A stretch of DNA of 64,000 nt from Candidatus Brockarchaeota archaeon (GTDB taxonomy: Archaea > Thermoproteota > EX4484-205 > JAAOZP01): positions 68,507 through 132,506 of the forward strand of contig JAFNIX010000004.1 of assembly GCA_017601225.1 (NCBI GenBank), written 5' to 3'. The notes under the pieces were generated by a model. That model was not told the DNA's origin, searched no databases, and saw nothing but the letters and a program-made list of their open reading frames with translations. Position numbers and translations under genes: made by a program. Shown here piece by piece: positions 63,791-64,000 of the stretch. Numbering within the stretch: position 1 is the stretch's first letter; each line of letters begins with the position of its first letter.

Positions 63791-64000
63791 TCAACAAGGA
63801 ACCCGTGGTCGATGAGGCTTGAGATATTAGTTGACCCCCCGACTGGTCCTAATGAACTGTCGTAAACATATATTCCCCGCTTCACGTCTTTAAAGAGCTC
63901 ATCGTCTCCATAATCCCCCGAAGCTATCTGGAGATTAGTTAGGCTGGGCACAGGCTTCTCGGCTAAACTGGGCCTAGCTGCATGCCCATTGTTCTCAATA
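63634..64000 (-). CDS. TldD/PmbA-family metalloprotease, C-terminal part (gene continues beyond the window)
   Basis: LTNLQIASGDYGDDELFKDVKRGIYVYDS..G......NISSLIDHGFLVENGEVKHPVKNAMVGSTVFEMLQSVDAVG......GRVAPKIRIGKVKVSG is a typical TldD/PmbA C-terminus. The frame stays open to position 64000; the M at 63951 in the track is an internal GTG. Confidence 0.75.
   Translation of the reverse strand, partial: IENNGHAARPSLAEKPVPSLTNLQIASGDYGDDELFKDVKRGIYVYDSSLGPVGGSTNISSLIDHGFLVENGEVKHPVKNAMVGSTVFEMLQSVDAVGRRTRNEAGRVAPKIRIGKVKVSG

Noticed and set aside
63601-63822. 73-aa + strand ORF at the right repeat
   Set aside because: It is antisense to the conserved TldD/PmbA C-terminus, and its first part lies in the GC-rich non-coding block.
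1-64000. CRISPR arrays, rRNA or tRNA genes, IS elements
   Set aside because: I scanned the intergenic regions longer than 100 bp (6239-6643, 49666-50035, 55983-56270, 59473-59804, 63294-63633 and others). I found no regularly spaced repeats, no tRNA T-arm or cloverleaf patterns and no terminal inverted repeats. A covariance-model scan would be needed to exclude small RNAs.

Overview
Gene-dense 64-kb chromosomal segment with about 50 CDS and no rRNA, tRNA or CRISPR array that I could recognise. It is almost certainly archaeal. TATA-like A/T boxes sit 25-30 nt upstream of many start codons, which suggests leaderless mRNAs. GTG/TTG starts and 1-4 nt gene overlaps are frequent. A stand-alone GMP synthase subunit B, a MoaB-type MoCo operon and MtaB/MtaC-type corrinoid proteins also fit. 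A heterotrophic, uncultivated lineage such as Bathyarchaeia or Brockarchaeota is plausible, but that is inference only. Carbohydrate genes dominate: GH2 mannosidase-like, GH29 fucosidase, a 995-aa GH-like protein, two GHL10-like proteins, a DUF4434-like protein, CE4 and YdjC deacetylases, NagA, FGGY and PfkB kinases, and a FucI-like isomerase. Other modules are moaD-E-C-B, an EtfAB plus FAD-oxidase set with a bifurcating-type EtfB motif, three ABC exporter genes with a DUF1854-like gene, and a corrinoid methyltransferase set (MtaB-like, MtaC-like, RACo-type activase, URO-D-like). There is also an 8-gene sugar-acid-like operon containing a BNR propeller, and a roughly 1030-aa orphan FtsX-domain membrane protein. 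No obvious transcription factor gene was seen. The most unusual region is 59.5-63.8 kb. It is a visibly AT-richer cassette of about 4 kb, bracketed by diverged direct repeats of the 3' end of a TldD/PmbA protease gene. It carries an unlisted 52-codon ORF, a PqqD-like(RRE)-radical SAM-SPASM maturase and an ABC-2 exporter. I read it as a compact, possibly horizontally acquired RiPP-type peptide modification and export system. All family calls come from motif recognition by eye and need HMM or BLAST confirmation.
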